DNA of 64,000 bases. It comes from an uncultured Desulfatitalea sp. (GTDB taxonomy: Bacteria; Desulfobacterota; Desulfobacteria; Desulfobacterales; Desulfosarcinaceae). The stretch is from positions 608,001-672,000 of the forward strand of contig CAXXMB010000002.1 in NCBI GenBank assembly GCA_963668675.2. The letters run 5' to 3'. The notes beneath the pieces were generated by a model. The model ran no database searches, was not told the DNA's origin, and worked only from the letters and a program-made list of their open reading frames with translations. Position numbers and translations under genes: made by a program. Every line of letters begins with the position of its first letter. Within the stretch, counting starts at the first letter, position 1. Shown piece after piece: positions 13,481 to 24,900 of this stretch.

Positions 13481-13855
13481 ATGATGGAAAAGCGAAGCAG
13501 ATCCGGACTGACCCGACTGGTGGATGCCACCCGCTACTCCATTCTGGGGCTGACCAGCGCCTGGCGTAGCGAAACCGCCTTTCGACAGGAGCTGGTGGTG
13601 ATCGCCGTTATGCTGCCGGTGGCCCTGTGGCTTGGGACCACGGCCATCCAGCGTGCCCTGCTCGTTCTCTCCGCCCTGATGGTCCTGATCGTCGAGCTGA
13701 TCAACTCGGCCATCGAGGCCACCGTGGATCGCATCGGCACCGAACGCCACCCGCTCTCCGCCCGGGCAAAAAACATGGGTTCGGCGGCGGTGCTGCTCAC
13801 ATTGATCGCAGCCGCAGCCGTGTGGGGATTTATCGCCTGGGAGAGATGGAGTTGA
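13481..13855 (+). CDS. dgkA: Diacylglycerol kinase
   Basis: 124 aa with E.AFRQE, VELINSAIEA.VD and AKNMGSAAV. Confidence 0.93.
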   Translation: MMEKRSRSGLTRLVDATRYSILGLTSAWRSETAFRQELVVIAVMLPVALWLGTTAIQRALLVLSALMVLIVELINSAIEATVDRIGTERHPLSARAKNMGSAAVLLTLIAAAAVWGFIAWERWS

Positions 13856-13876
13856 TTCTATACTGAAGCATTAAAA

Positions 13877-14036
13877 TCAATGCCATCAACTTAAGGTGTT
13901 TGCGCTACCGATCCGGGCGGGCATAAAGCCCGCCCCTACAAGGGTTGTGTATGGCAACAGGCTCTGTTTCCTGCGATATTTCGTAGGGGCGGGCTTGATG
14001 CCCGCCCGTTGCAGCCGCTTAAGTTAATGACATTGA
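13877..14036. mobile_element. 160-bp MITE-like element carrying an inverted REP doublet
   Basis: 19-bp terminal IRs with 2 mismatches (13877-13895 / 14018-14036). Inverted REP copies sit at 13914-13939 and 13983-14008. Confidence 0.65.
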
Positions 14037-14104
14037 ATTTAAGGTAGAAAAGGCTACTCCATCATTACTTCAGCCTAAACACATACCCTTCAAGGAGTTT
14101 TATC

Positions 14105-15574
14105 ATGTTCAAATTCATAACGACCGTCCTCGATCGATCAAAAATTGCAAACCTGGCCATCCCGGTATGCGAAGACGCCGATATTCATGCCGAGTCCGCC
14201 ATACGCGAACTGATTAAAAAAGCAAAAGCACTGCCGGAATTCTCCGCCGAAAAGGGACAACAGGTCGTTCTTTACGATCTGAAGGAGGGCAAAATCCACC
14301 GCTGTTATTTCGGCGGCATAGGCCCCTTGAAGAAATTGACGGCCGAGTCGCTGCGCGCTTTTTCCGGCCTTGCCGTCAAGGAGGCCATGGGAGCCAAGCA
14401 GAAGGAGATCGATCTGGTAGCGCCGCTGGATCCCGCCTTAGCGATACCGGCCAAGGAAACCGTTACCGCAATGATCGAGGGTGCTCTCCTGGCCAATGAC
14501 AGCGATCTGCGGTATAAAGAGAAACCCAAACCGACCTTGCTGAAAAAGATGGCCCTGCGTCTGCCGCCGCAAACCGCCAAAAGCTGCCGCCCCCTCATCG
14601 CACGCGCCCAGGCCGTTTGCGACGGTGTGCTCAAGGCGCGCGAGTGGGTCAATACACCATCCAACGACAAGGTTCCCGAACGGTTGGCAGCCGGATTTCA
14701 AAAGATGGCCAAGGCGACCGGCTTGCAAGTCAACGTACTCAACGAAGCTCAGCTCAAGCGGCAAAAATTCGGCGCGCTTCTGGCCGTATCGGCCGGCAGC
14801 AGCCACCCGCCCTGCCTGGTTGAAATGGTCCACGCCCCGGCCAACGCCAAGAAGACCATCGTGCTGGTTGGCAAAGGGGTCACCTTCGATACCGGTGGCA
14901 TCAACCTCAAGCCGTCCGCCGGTCTCGACACCATGAAAGCCGACATGGCCGGCGCAGCCGCCGTGGCCGGCACAATGGCGGCCGTCGCCCGAATCAACCC
15001 CAAAACCCGCATTATCGGCGTCACCCCCATCGTGGAGAACATGCCTTCGGGAAGCGCCACCCGCCCGGGCGATATCGTCACCAGCTATGCCGGCAAACGC
15101 GTCGAGATCGGCAATACCGACGCTGAAGGCCGCCTGATTCTCATCGACGCCATGGCTTACGCTATCAAGAAGTACAAGCCCGATCTCCTCATCGACCTGG
15201 CCACCCTCACCGGCGCCTGCGTTGTCGCCCTGGGAGAGAAAATCGCCGGCGTCTTCTCCCGCGACGACGAGCTGGCCCAGGCCATCGTTACATCAGGCGA
15301 AAACACCGCCGAACGCTGCTGGCGCCTGCCGATGCCCGAAGACTACCGGGACCTGCTCAAGAGCGATCTGGCGGACATCAACAACAACTCCAGCTCGCGC
15401 TATGGCGGCGCCATCGCGGCGGCCATCTTTCTCTCCGAATTCGTAGACGACCAACGATGGGCCCACATCGACATCGCCGGACCGGCATTTGTCAAGAAAG
15501 GTCCGGACTACTGCGGTCCGGGAGCGACGGGATTTGGTGTAAGACTGCTGTGCGATTTGATAGATGGAATATAG
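14105..15574 (+). CDS. pepA: Leucyl aminopeptidase (M17)
   Basis: GKGVTFDTGG, MKADMAG and NTDAEGRL. Confidence 0.94.
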   Translation: MFKFITTVLDRSKIANLAIPVCEDADIHAESAIRELIKKAKALPEFSAEKGQQVVLYDLKEGKIHRCYFGGIGPLKKLTAESLRAFSGLAVKEAMGAKQKEIDLVAPLDPALAIPAKETVTAMIEGALLANDSDLRYKEKPKPTLLKKMALRLPPQTAKSCRPLIARAQAVCDGVLKAREWVNTPSNDKVPERLAAGFQKMAKATGLQVNVLNEAQLKRQKFGALLAVSAGSSHPPCLVEMVHAPANAKKTIVLVGKGVTFDTGGINLKPSAGLDTMKADMAGAAAVAGTMAAVARINPKTRIIGVTPIVENMPSGSATRPGDIVTSYAGKRVEIGNTDAEGRLILIDAMAYAIKKYKPDLLIDLATLTGACVVALGEKIAGVFSRDDELAQAIVTSGENTAERCWRLPMPEDYRDLLKSDLADINNNSSSRYGGAIAAAIFLSEFVDDQRWAHIDIAGPAFVKKGPDYCGPGATGFGVRLLCDLIDGI

Positions 15575-15603
15575 CTTTGTTTGTTGCTGTCAAAGAAAAA
15601 TGA

Positions 15604-15637
15604 AAACGGCCGGTCATATGGAATTGACCGGCCGTTT
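15604..15637. terminator. Hairpin between convergent pepA and SBP genes (probable bidirectional terminator)
   Basis: aaacggccggtca-N8-tgaccggccgttt. Confidence 0.65.
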
Positions 15638-15686
15638 GAAAACCACTTCTTACTGAAATCTACCGATGACGGGGAATACCCTGCAT

Positions 15687-16451
15687 CTACTTTGAGTACT
15701 TGGACCACATCCGATCGATGGTACCATCAGCATGCATCTTTTCCAGCTCGGCATTTATCTTTTCCATGAAAGCCTCTTTGTCTGCAACGTTCTTCCCTTT
15801 TTTGCTCAGTGCGAAGAAAGTCCCTTTCTTGGGTGCGAAAGCTTCGGATAACGGCACGATTTTATCTTGCAGCCCAATCTTTTTCGCTGCATACATGGCA
15901 GAGTGAAGGTTACTGACATAACAATCAATCCTTCCTGCAGCCAGCTTTTTCAAATTCAGTTCAGATGAGGGTTGTTCGTCCAGTTTGATCTTACCAGCCT
16001 TAACTGCTGCATCAAACTCCTTGGTTACGAAAAAGCCTGCGTTCCTGCCGACAGTTTTGCCATACAGGGCCTCAATGGTTGAAACGCTATAATTGGGCAG
16101 GTCATCTTTGCGCACAAAGATGTAGTGCGCCGACCAATGCATCGGTGTTTTCGAATAAATAATATCTGCTTCCCTGCTCTGCTTGTAGTAAATCTGAAGC
16201 GTTCCGTCGAGCTCTCCCGACTGCAGATTGTTCCACAGACGTTTGAACGGCAGCAGATTTATATCGGCTTGAACTCCGAGGCGCTCTGACAACTCTGTCC
16301 AAATATCATAGTCGAAACCTGTCAGCTTGCCGCCCTCCTTAAATATCAAAGGCTCAACATTTTGGACCCCCGCTAATTTAAGGGTATCCGCATAGCAATT
16401 GGGTGCCAGAAGGACAGCCAGCAGACCTATGATAATGATGCTTTTTTTCAT
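15687..16451 (-). CDS. Periplasmic solute-binding protein, family 3 (amino-acid type)
   Basis: Signal peptide, LTGFDYDI, PFKRL..LQSGELDG and LAAGRIDCY. GGAGG RBS upstream. Confidence 0.85.
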   Translation of the reverse strand: MKKSIIIIGLLAVLLAPNCYADTLKLAGVQNVEPLIFKEGGKLTGFDYDIWTELSERLGVQADINLLPFKRLWNNLQSGELDGTLQIYYKQSREADIIYSKTPMHWSAHYIFVRKDDLPNYSVSTIEALYGKTVGRNAGFFVTKEFDAAVKAGKIKLDEQPSSELNLKKLAAGRIDCYVSNLHSAMYAAKKIGLQDKIVPLSEAFAPKKGTFFALSKKGKNVADKEAFMEKINAELEKMHADGTIDRMWSKYSK

Positions 16452-16639
16452 ATAATGCCTCCGTCAAATAAGCTACCAGTTTGTTTGAACTGATAGCGTG
16501 TTTCCACAGCACTTGGTAAACGCTGAGGGATTTAAGTTCGAGAGCCGCAGGAAGAAATCTTCTTCAGCCCCGCCTTGCCGGTCAGGCAACATTGCCTGAG
16601 CTTTCTTCTCTATTTTGGCCAGAATAGGGTATCGATCCC

Positions 16640-18220
16640 CTAAACTTTGAAACGACCTACCATCTTTTCGAGTTTTGCAGCCAGACGCGCCATCTCCTCT
16701 GCGCTCATATTCAACTGAGAGGTGCCATTGGAGATCTCAGCCGTCGACTGATTGACCGAAGCAATTTCACCGGCGATATCCTTGGAAACCACATTACTGT
16801 TCGATACATTTTCATTTACTTCCTGGATACCTTGGGACGCTTGGGAAACATTGCTCGCAATCTCTTCTGTCGTTACCGACTGTTCTTCTACAGCAGCGGC
16901 GATAGTTGCAACGATCTCGTTAACATCATTAATAATTGTCTGTATTTGACCGATCTCCGTAACCGTACCGGAGGTGGTTGTTTGGATGGCGCCTATTTTG
17001 GTTTTTATCTCCTGGGTAGCATCTGCCGTTTGCTTGGCCAGCTCTTTGATCTCATTGGCCACCACGGCAAAACCCTTGCCCGCTTCTCCAGCGCGAGCCG
17101 CCTCAATGGTAGCGTTGAGGGCAAGCAGATTGGTCTGCTCCGAAATCTCAGTGATCGCCTCGGTCACCTTTCCGATCTCCTGCGCTGCCTTGCCCAGTTC
17201 ATCTACCTTTGCAGAAGCACTATGAGCCTGATTGACAGCCTCTCCAGTGATGGTGCGTGCCTTTTCGGAATTTTGGGATATTTCACTGATCGTCGAGGTC
17301 ATCTCTTTTGCAGATGTCGCGATGATGCCAATATTGGTGGACGCTTCCTCCATGGAAGCAGCCACCGAATCGATATTGGTGCTCATCTCTTCACTTGCGG
17401 CCGCCACCGAGTTTGCTTTGGCGGACATTTGGTCGGCCCCCTGTGACATTTGCTGTGACAAACCTGCCAGATCGCCGGAAGCCTTGTTCAATACATCTGA
17501 GTTCATCGAGATGTCCGAGATCATTTTCTGCAAGCTGTCGATGAATTTGTTAATCAGCTCAGCCAGCTTCCCTATTTCATCCTTGGAGCGCACTTCCAGA
17601 CGCATGGTCAGGTCGCCTTCACCGTTGGCAATATCTCCAACCCGCTGAAGGATCTCTTTTATCGGCCGAACCAAGATCTTTCGAATGGCCAGCGACATCC
17701 CTATAAAAAGGATCAAATCCAAAATAACGACTCGAAAAAACAAAAAGAAAACAGACGCACGCAACTCTTTTTGCATAAATTTCTTCGTTAAATAGACGCT
17801 TACCTCCCCGAGAGCATTGTCCTCTTTTTTGACCTTCTGGACGTTCGATACCAAATCGCCCGATACAGCCCCTTTGTAATCCTTGGGCTCCCATGTCCCG
17901 TCTTCTCGTTTGATGGAAATGAATGGCTCTTTGGCATTTTTGTCCATTACAACAACCGCATAGATGCGCTTGTCCTTCATCTCCGATACGATGCCTTGCC
18001 GACCGAGATCCTGATTGAAATCCCACAATGCGGTGATCATACTGGTAGACAAGCGCTCTGCTACCGCCTCGGTCAGGTCATTCAGTTCGGTTGTCATTTT
18101 CCCCTTCAGAGAAAAATAGTCGTAAACACCGTAACTGAACAGAATGAGCGATGTCATCAGAATGATGGTCAAATTCAGTTTGGACTGAATGGAACTCAAG
18201 TTAATTTTCAAGCGCTTCAT
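16640..18220 (-). CDS. Methyl-accepting chemotaxis protein
   Basis: Two TM helices, HAMP, and signalling tip [32 protein letters not shown]. Confidence 0.95.
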   Translation of the reverse strand: MKRLKINLSSIQSKLNLTIILMTSLILFSYGVYDYFSLKGKMTTELNDLTEAVAERLSTSMITALWDFNQDLGRQGIVSEMKDKRIYAVVVMDKNAKEPFISIKREDGTWEPKDYKGAVSGDLVSNVQKVKKEDNALGEVSVYLTKKFMQKELRASVFFLFFRVVILDLILFIGMSLAIRKILVRPIKEILQRVGDIANGEGDLTMRLEVRSKDEIGKLAELINKFIDSLQKMISDISMNSDVLNKASGDLAGLSQQMSQGADQMSAKANSVAAASEEMSTNIDSVAASMEEASTNIGIIATSAKEMTSTISEISQNSEKARTITGEAVNQAHSASAKVDELGKAAQEIGKVTEAITEISEQTNLLALNATIEAARAGEAGKGFAVVANEIKELAKQTADATQEIKTKIGAIQTTTSGTVTEIGQIQTIINDVNEIVATIAAAVEEQSVTTEEIASNVSQASQGIQEVNENVSNSNVVSKDIAGEIASVNQSTAEISNGTSQLNMSAEEMARLAAKLEKMVGRFKV

Positions 18221-18350
18221 TTGCCCTCCGGGATCATCGTTACCCTTTATTTGAAACAGGCTTTAAAGAGAATTGAGTCGGTGATAGGCTGGAAACGAAA
18301 AAAACATCACCCACGTGGACCAGTACCCATTCACTCAGGCTCGAAACCAA

Positions 18351-18378
18351 TTATCGGAAACCTTGCTTCCAATCTTTA
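18351..18378 (-). promoter_or_regulatory. Putative sigma28 (FliA) promoter of the MCP gene
   Basis: The minus strand reads TAAA-N16-TCCGATAA, versus consensus TAAA-N15-GCCGATAA. Confidence 0.55.
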
Positions 18379-18585
18379 GCAAAATTATCCCTTAGCCCTA
18401 AACGGCTATCGAAAGGCCCATCGTCAATGGCATGTTTTATACTTGATAATAGACAGTTAAAATAAATTAGGCAGGACAGGGGCCACTATCTTGAATGAGA
18501 TGGAGCTTCGCAAAGCATAGATAAGATATTGAGGTGCATAAAGGGGCAATACGATTACAAATTAGAATCAAAATTCAGCAAACCT

Positions 18586-18624
18586 CAATTCGGAACCCGC
18601 CCCAAAGAGGCGGGTTCCGAATTG
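18586..18624 (-). terminator. Strong hairpin downstream of the small Cys-rich ORF
   Basis: caattcggaacccgcc-N7-ggcgggttccgaattg, a 16-bp perfect stem. Confidence 0.6.
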
Positions 18625-18665
18625 AAAGTATCATTGTTAAAACATTTTGTTCGAAAAGAACAAAA

Positions 18666-18812
18666 TTAGGCACATACCTTACAGCTTGTTAGGCATTGTT
18701 CATAAGCATCGGCCCTGCCATCGGGCGGCGTTTTGCTGTTTTCGCTCCAGTGGTTGAGTATACATTTGCTCACACAGCGTTGATCGTTGCTGGATATCTT
18801 TTGTCGAGACAT
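18666..18812 (-). CDS. 48-aa Cys-rich small protein
   Basis: AAGGAGG RBS just upstream of ATG, CxxxC...CxxxCxxC pattern, and a downstream hairpin. Confidence 0.65.
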   Translation of the reverse strand: MSRQKISSNDQRCVSKCILNHWSENSKTPPDGRADAYEQCLTSCKVCA

Positions 18813-19015
18813 GGCAACCTCCTTTCGGCGTCGTATCAGCATCTTCATGGTACGTTGTATTGCTATTGTCATATCGTAATCATCTATCCGTTCATCGCAA
18901 ACGCCACGCTATCTCTTTGCACATCCAATCCTTCTGCCCTTGCCAGGATATCAGAAGGAATAATGCCAGATTTGCAGAAATCGGCACCCCAAAATGCTCA
19001 GATAATATGGGGGGG

Positions 19016-21835
19016 TTAGAAAGTATAGCCGATGGAGAGATACCACCGCCCGCTGCTCTCACCGGGGCGGCGGTCGATCTTCTGGCCGTAGAAAATCCCC
19101 ACGGGGCCGATGGGGGTGATGTACTGCAACCCCAAACCGTAAGCCCAGCGAAAGTCGTCTTCACCCTCTTCCACCAGGGCCTTCTGAACGCTTCCGGTAT
19201 CGACGAAGGGGATCAGTTCGAAGTTGCGTCCGATATCGATCCTCGTTTCAAGACTGGCCGAAAGGGCCATCCGCCCGCCAACCGCTTTTCCTTCTGAATC
19301 GTATCGCAACAGGTTCTCTTTGTAGCCGCGCACCGTGTTGGCCCCGCCCAGGAAAAAGAGCTGATCCTGGGGCGGCTGATCGCCGCCATAAGGCTCTATG
19401 AAGCCTGCGTATAGCCGCCCTGCGAGGACGACCCTGCGGATCACCGGATAGAATCCCCGTGCATCGAAGCGGTATTTAACAAAATCATCCAGGGCGCTGT
19501 CCAGACCGGTGGAGAGGCCCACCGCCAGGCTAGTCAGCAAACCGCGTTGGGGCCGGATGAAAGAGTCCCGATTGTCCCATTGAATGGATGGGGTCACGAC
19601 AAACACAGTACGCGGTTCGAAATCTTCAGAACTCTGATAGTCCGCGGCCGGGGAATCATCCCTCAGGAACTGCTCTCTGCGTTCAAATTGATTGGCCAGC
19701 ACGGTCTTCCAGAAAGGCCCCCAATCACGCGAGAAACTCAGGCTGGCACCAGTGGTATCGACGCCGAAGTCCTGGTTGAACGGTTGGCTGCGTTCATAAT
19801 AGAGGCCTGCATTGGCACTGAACTCGGAACCGAGCAACCGGGGTTCGAAGATGCTCAGATCGTATCTGCTGCCCACTTCACTGGCCTCGCCGCTTAGGGA
19901 GACATCCTTGCCGGTACCTAAAAAGTTATGGTCGCCCACCTTGGCGCGCCCAAAAATTCCCTTGTCGGTTTGATAGCCGCCGCCGATCTCAAGATAGTAG
20001 GGCCTCTTTTCGGAACATCGTATAAACAGATGGACTGTATCGGCTTTCTCTTTCAGTCCGACGGTGCGGACCTGGACCGAATCAAATACGTTTAAGTTGC
20101 GCAGTCGGCGCTGCGCCTCTAGTATCTGTCGGAGATTGAAAGGTGCTTTTGGATCGATGCCCATTTCCCGCCGAAGAAAACGTTCCCGGGTCCTGAAGTT
20201 ACCGAAAAAGAATATCTCTCCTGCCCGCACGAGTTCCCCGGCGTCAATGGTGAACACAATATCTGCGTGGGTTCGATCTTGCGTAAACATCTCTTTGCCA
20301 GTGACGGTGACGTAAGGATAACCGGCGGCCGATATAGCGGAAGATAGTGTCTCTTCATCCGCCCTGAGTTGACTGGGGAGATAGATTTCGCCCGGTGCCA
20401 GCTTGATTTTCTCCATGAGCTCGGTTGCGGCGATAGGCGAATCACCTTCCATCAGAATTTTCCCGACGACTGTCTGAGGCCCTTCCTCTACTTGAATGGC
20501 AACCCGCACTTCCGCGCTGGCCGCATCGATCTGCACCTCTTCCGCGATGCGCGCGCCCAGATAGCCCCTGCTCCGGTAAAGTGCGCCGATGGCCAGGAGG
20601 TCCTCGTGCAGCACCTCTTTCACATAGGCGCCGCTTCTCAATCCCTGGGGGGTTCGGGTCAACATCTGTTTGGCAATGGTCTGATCATCCAGATGGACAT
20701 TACCCGTGATGGCCACCTGCGTCACAATGTGGCGGCGGCCTTCATCTATCTGTATGGCCACCTCCTTTACGTCAAAAAGCTCACCAGGCAACGTCGAGAC
20801 CTGCCACCGAACCTGAACCTCCGCGAAACCAGCGGCAAGATAGCGCCGACGAATGTTCTGAATACTCCGGCGAAGGCCGATATTGCCGCGATTGCCCTTC
20901 TCGAAAAGGACAAGATCCCTTTTTAACCTGAAATCTGAAAAAAACTGATTGCCCTCAAATCGAACGGTGTAGCGTTGCCCCTCTTCGATTTTCAAATCAC
21001 ATAAGACCTGCCTGCGTTCCGCGTCACGCTCAAGATCCGCAGTGATTGAGACATCGGCAAACCCCTTTTTGCGATAAAAGGTGGTCAACTTGTTGATATC
21101 TTCACTGAAATCTTTGGCCACGAACCGCCCGAATCCCAACCCCAAGATTTTTCTACGCCAGGTTTTGAGGCGACGGATGATGCTGGCATCCTCATAAGCA
21201 CTATTGCCGTTCAACTGCACGTGTCCGAGCGTATAATAGGCCCCCTTATCGATGGTCACATTCAGGTGATAGTGACCACCGCCATTCTCCTCCTGGTCCC
21301 AATCGATGTGAACCCGGGGATCGACATAGCCCTCGTTGCGGTAAAGGTCTTTGATCAGGGCTTCCTGGTCGGGTATGTCGCTGGAACGAAAAATATCGCC
21401 GGAGGCGACGGTCATCACAGTGCGCACATCCTTTTCAAAAAGAGGGTAAGTACCGCTGATTCCGATGGATTTGATACGCTTGTAAGGTCGAATTTCAAAT
21501 GTTACGACAGCGCCACCGGACTGGGGGACGACATCGACTGCCACCGATGCAAATGCGGTGAGTGCTTTGCGGGATTCGGCAAGCCGCTGCGGGGTCAAAA
21601 GATCGCCGGGTTTCAACTGAATCAAAACGGCGGCGGCCCCTTGCCAATCAAATCCATCGGGACTGGCGTCGTCTACCCGAATGATGATTTCGTTTACCGG
21701 CAAGGATGGTCCGTCCCACTGGAATTCTGCGCTGGTATCCGCGTAAGGGGCGCTCGATATCGGCAACAGCATAACCCCAGGCACAAAACACCATAAAATG
21801 AGAAGCATCCTGGTCCACTTCCGATTATTGCGCAT
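19016..21835 (-). CDS. Omp85-family outer-membrane protein (TamA/BamA-like) with multiple POTRA domains
   Basis: Repeated POTRA motifs (Y...G[YF]...V), barrel motif FFLGGANTVRGY, TPIGP and C-terminal IGYTF. Confidence 0.9.
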   Translation of the reverse strand: MRNNRKWTRMLLILWCFVPGVMLLPISSAPYADTSAEFQWDGPSLPVNEIIIRVDDASPDGFDWQGAAAVLIQLKPGDLLTPQRLAESRKALTAFASVAVDVVPQSGGAVVTFEIRPYKRIKSIGISGTYPLFEKDVRTVMTVASGDIFRSSDIPDQEALIKDLYRNEGYVDPRVHIDWDQEENGGGHYHLNVTIDKGAYYTLGHVQLNGNSAYEDASIIRRLKTWRRKILGLGFGRFVAKDFSEDINKLTTFYRKKGFADVSITADLERDAERRQVLCDLKIEEGQRYTVRFEGNQFFSDFRLKRDLVLFEKGNRGNIGLRRSIQNIRRRYLAAGFAEVQVRWQVSTLPGELFDVKEVAIQIDEGRRHIVTQVAITGNVHLDDQTIAKQMLTRTPQGLRSGAYVKEVLHEDLLAIGALYRSRGYLGARIAEEVQIDAASAEVRVAIQVEEGPQTVVGKILMEGDSPIAATELMEKIKLAPGEIYLPSQLRADEETLSSAISAAGYPYVTVTGKEMFTQDRTHADIVFTIDAGELVRAGEIFFFGNFRTRERFLRREMGIDPKAPFNLRQILEAQRRLRNLNVFDSVQVRTVGLKEKADTVHLFIRCSEKRPYYLEIGGGYQTDKGIFGRAKVGDHNFLGTGKDVSLSGEASEVGSRYDLSIFEPRLLGSEFSANAGLYYERSQPFNQDFGVDTTGASLSFSRDWGPFWKTVLANQFERREQFLRDDSPAADYQSSEDFEPRTVFVVTPSIQWDNRDSFIRPQRGLLTSLAVGLSTGLDSALDDFVKYRFDARGFYPVIRRVVLAGRLYAGFIEPYGGDQPPQDQLFFLGGANTVRGYKENLLRYDSEGKAVGGRMALSASLETRIDIGRNFELIPFVDTGSVQKALVEEGEDDFRWAYGLGLQYITPIGPVGIFYGQKIDRRPGESSGRWYLSIGYTF

Positions 21836-21946
21836 ATGCCCCGCCTGCGGTGATTCCTGTAAAGCTGCGATCAGTCACTCATATCCTCTTTTGCTTGAGA
21901 AAGAAGTGATATTTGAACTACTTTGGACCGAAAGGTGAGGGCCAGA

Positions 21947-24900
21947 TTATCTGAATTCGATACGAAATAAAAGCTCACCACCGTAGTTTCCGGCCGTGTC
22001 CTGAAAACCGCTGGCCGACATATGTTCCAGAAGCCGGTATTCTGAAATGGCCCGCTGCACCAACTGGTTGTCCTTGGATTCCACGGCATACTTGACGGTA
22101 AGACGCGAAGTCAATTTCTTCCCAACGGTCACCTGTATGCGATCGCTGCTCTCTTCATCCGCTTCGGCGCCGGTCTCCACCTCCAGGATGTCAACGCCGG
22201 TCCCCTTTTTAATATCCTCACCCCACGCCGAAGCAGCCAATGCCGCCAGCATCTGCCCGGTGGTGGCCTCTCCGCCACCGCCGTTTTTCGATAACTCGGT
22301 GCTCGTCTGGCCGAGCAGAATCAGGGAGAGGATATTGGCATCGGATTCGGGGGGGTCCGAACTGAGCGCGATCTTCAAGTTCTCCGGGGTACCTTCGGCG
22401 GAGAGGCGTACCTGCCATTTGCGTATCTGGGTTTCCGCCTGAATATCGATGGAGGGTTCTATCTTATAAGGATTGACGAAATCTACGACCCCTCGCTTGA
22501 CCTCGAAAGACTTCTTGCGAAAGATGACTTCGCCATCAGTGACTTGGGCCCTTCCGTTGAGTATGGGCCTTGCGGCTGTGCCGGAGAACTTCAGGTCGGG
22601 CGCTACCTCCAGACGGGCGACATTGTTATCCACGAGCATGGGGTAGCGATGGGTCAGGGTCACGGCCAATCGGATGTTATTCATCCATTCCGGCGCTTCC
22701 CAGCGCGATGGCACCGGCTCGGCCCTCTGGGGATCGGTTATAGTGGACAGCAGGTTCAGACGCAGATTTTTATAGTAGGCCCCTTCCAGCAAAACCACGC
22801 GGCCGTCCAGAAGGGCGTCCCGGCTATCGCCTTTGAGCGTCAAGTCGGCTGCGATTTTGGCGTCCATGGTGTCCGGCCACTGCAGTGGCAGGGCTTGGGC
22901 CTGAAACCTCAGGTTCACTTTTTCAGGCCGCAGACCGGCCAACCCGACCTGACCATCGAGGCTGAACGAACCGTCATCCAACTTTCCCGATATTGAATCA
23001 ATGCTTAACAACTCCGGTGAAATAGTAATTTTTCCGTTTAGACCGTGAACCGATTGCCCCATATCGATCAACAGGAATTTGAGCTCTTCCATGGTCAGAT
23101 CGCCTTGCCAACGCATCCTTTGCCACGGGCCCTGCCCCTCTATCTGAAAGAGAATGTTCCCGGCAGCGTTGCCAATTTCATCGCTGAAGGGATCGAGCGC
23201 TGCCAGGGGAAGACGCCCACCCGCCTTGGCCGACAGGCTTTTGGCGAGGTGGCCGTTCACGGCCACCTTCAGGTGCCCATCCTGCATCAATTTCATCCTG
23301 GTTTCGGGCAGATCGATCGAGCCGTTGTGCAAGCGGGCCTCTAGCCGCTCAAAAGAGAGCAGTTCCGCCTCCTGGTATATCAAGTTCGCATCAGACAGGG
23401 AGAGCACCGCATCGATATTTTTCGGCTGGCGCCAGTTGCCCCTTGCCTGCAGCCTGCCCGTAAGCCGTCCCTTCCAGTGCTGATCCGCCACAACGGCCAA
23501 ATAGGGGCCCAGATCGGTTCGATCCAGATCAGCAGCCAAATCGAAATCTCCACTGTCCAGGTAGCCATTGGCGGTAAGCTTGAAGGTAAGATCGGCGTCT
23601 AATGCCAAATGCTGATCTAACAATGAGAGATTCAGCCTGAAATCCTCCCAGGTGTGTCCATAAATCTCGGGCTGTCGGATCAACATGTGAGCGGATACCT
23701 GTGGATGGGCCAGCGTTCCACTGGCATCGATGGCCCCTTCCAATGTACCGTCGACCACACCACCTTTTTGCAGTCCTTCGATATGCCGCAATGCAATGCC
23801 CTTGATGGAAAGCCTTGCTTCCATGCGCTGATCGGACGCGTACCAACCGCTGCCGCTGAGCTCCTGCCCCGGCGCCACGGCGACGGCCAGCCGATCCAAA
23901 TGGACGATCTTGTCGGCCAGTCGTCCGCTCAGGTGTACCGAATCGAGTTTCTGATAGCGTAAATCAAGGCTGCGGCCCTCCAGCAGGTAAGCGCCGCTCA
24001 ATGTTGAAAAAGTACCTGCCAGAGAGGCATGCAACGCTATCTTGCCGCCCAACCCCGGAAGGATATCCTTAAGGTGCAGGGCATCGGAGGTCACTTCGGC
24101 TGTCACCTGGGGATCGGACAGCCACGCGCCGCCTTCTGGTGACCGCAACCGCAGGTCGCCTTGCACGCCGATGCTGGATTGCCCGCTCGACAGGTTGACA
24201 CCGGGTACGCTCAGGTGCCCATCGTCCCAGAGGATACGGCCATCGGCACGGGCATCGATACCCTTCCAGGCAGCGGAGCTGGGAGCCAGGTCGAGCGTTG
24301 CCTGGGGGTGTGCAATGGTGCCTGTCGCATGGAGCTTGCCATTTATCGATAGTGTAACATCCTGTTCCTCGTAAAAATCAGAGAGAGTGACTTGGTCCAA
24401 CTTAAAGGTTGCGTCGATGGCAGGATCAGAGAGCCAGCGGCCCCCATCATCCATTACTCCCAACTCGCCTTTGCCTTCGAGATAGCTGCCTTGGTTCTCG
24501 AGGACCAGCCTCGAAAAGTGGATGGTGCCGTTTGGCTTCATGTTCGCCTCGGCCAGGAGGCGGCCGAACCGCCATCGTCCGAACGCCACATCCTGGGTGA
24601 GAAGCGCACCGTGTGCCTCGGGGCGGCTCCATGGGCCATGGGCATCCAGTTTCAGAATGCCTCTGCCGGAAGGCAACGTGATCCCCAACGCCTGGCCCAA
24701 GGTGTCGATGCGATCCAGTCGCAGCGTCGCCGACGAAGCCAACTGCCGCGCAGCCCAATCGATGACCCCGTTGGCTTGCAGGGTGCTGTCGCCAAGCGTT
24801 GCCTGGCACGAATCGATTTTGATTTTCCGATCGGCCCAGCGAAGGTAGGCGGCAAACTCACCATCGGACGCCAGAGCGGCTTCAGCCGCTTTCAGCTTCT

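Noticed and set aside
12515..13750. 411-aa ORF on the - strand
   Set aside because: Antisense to the helicase and dgkA, with no motifs.
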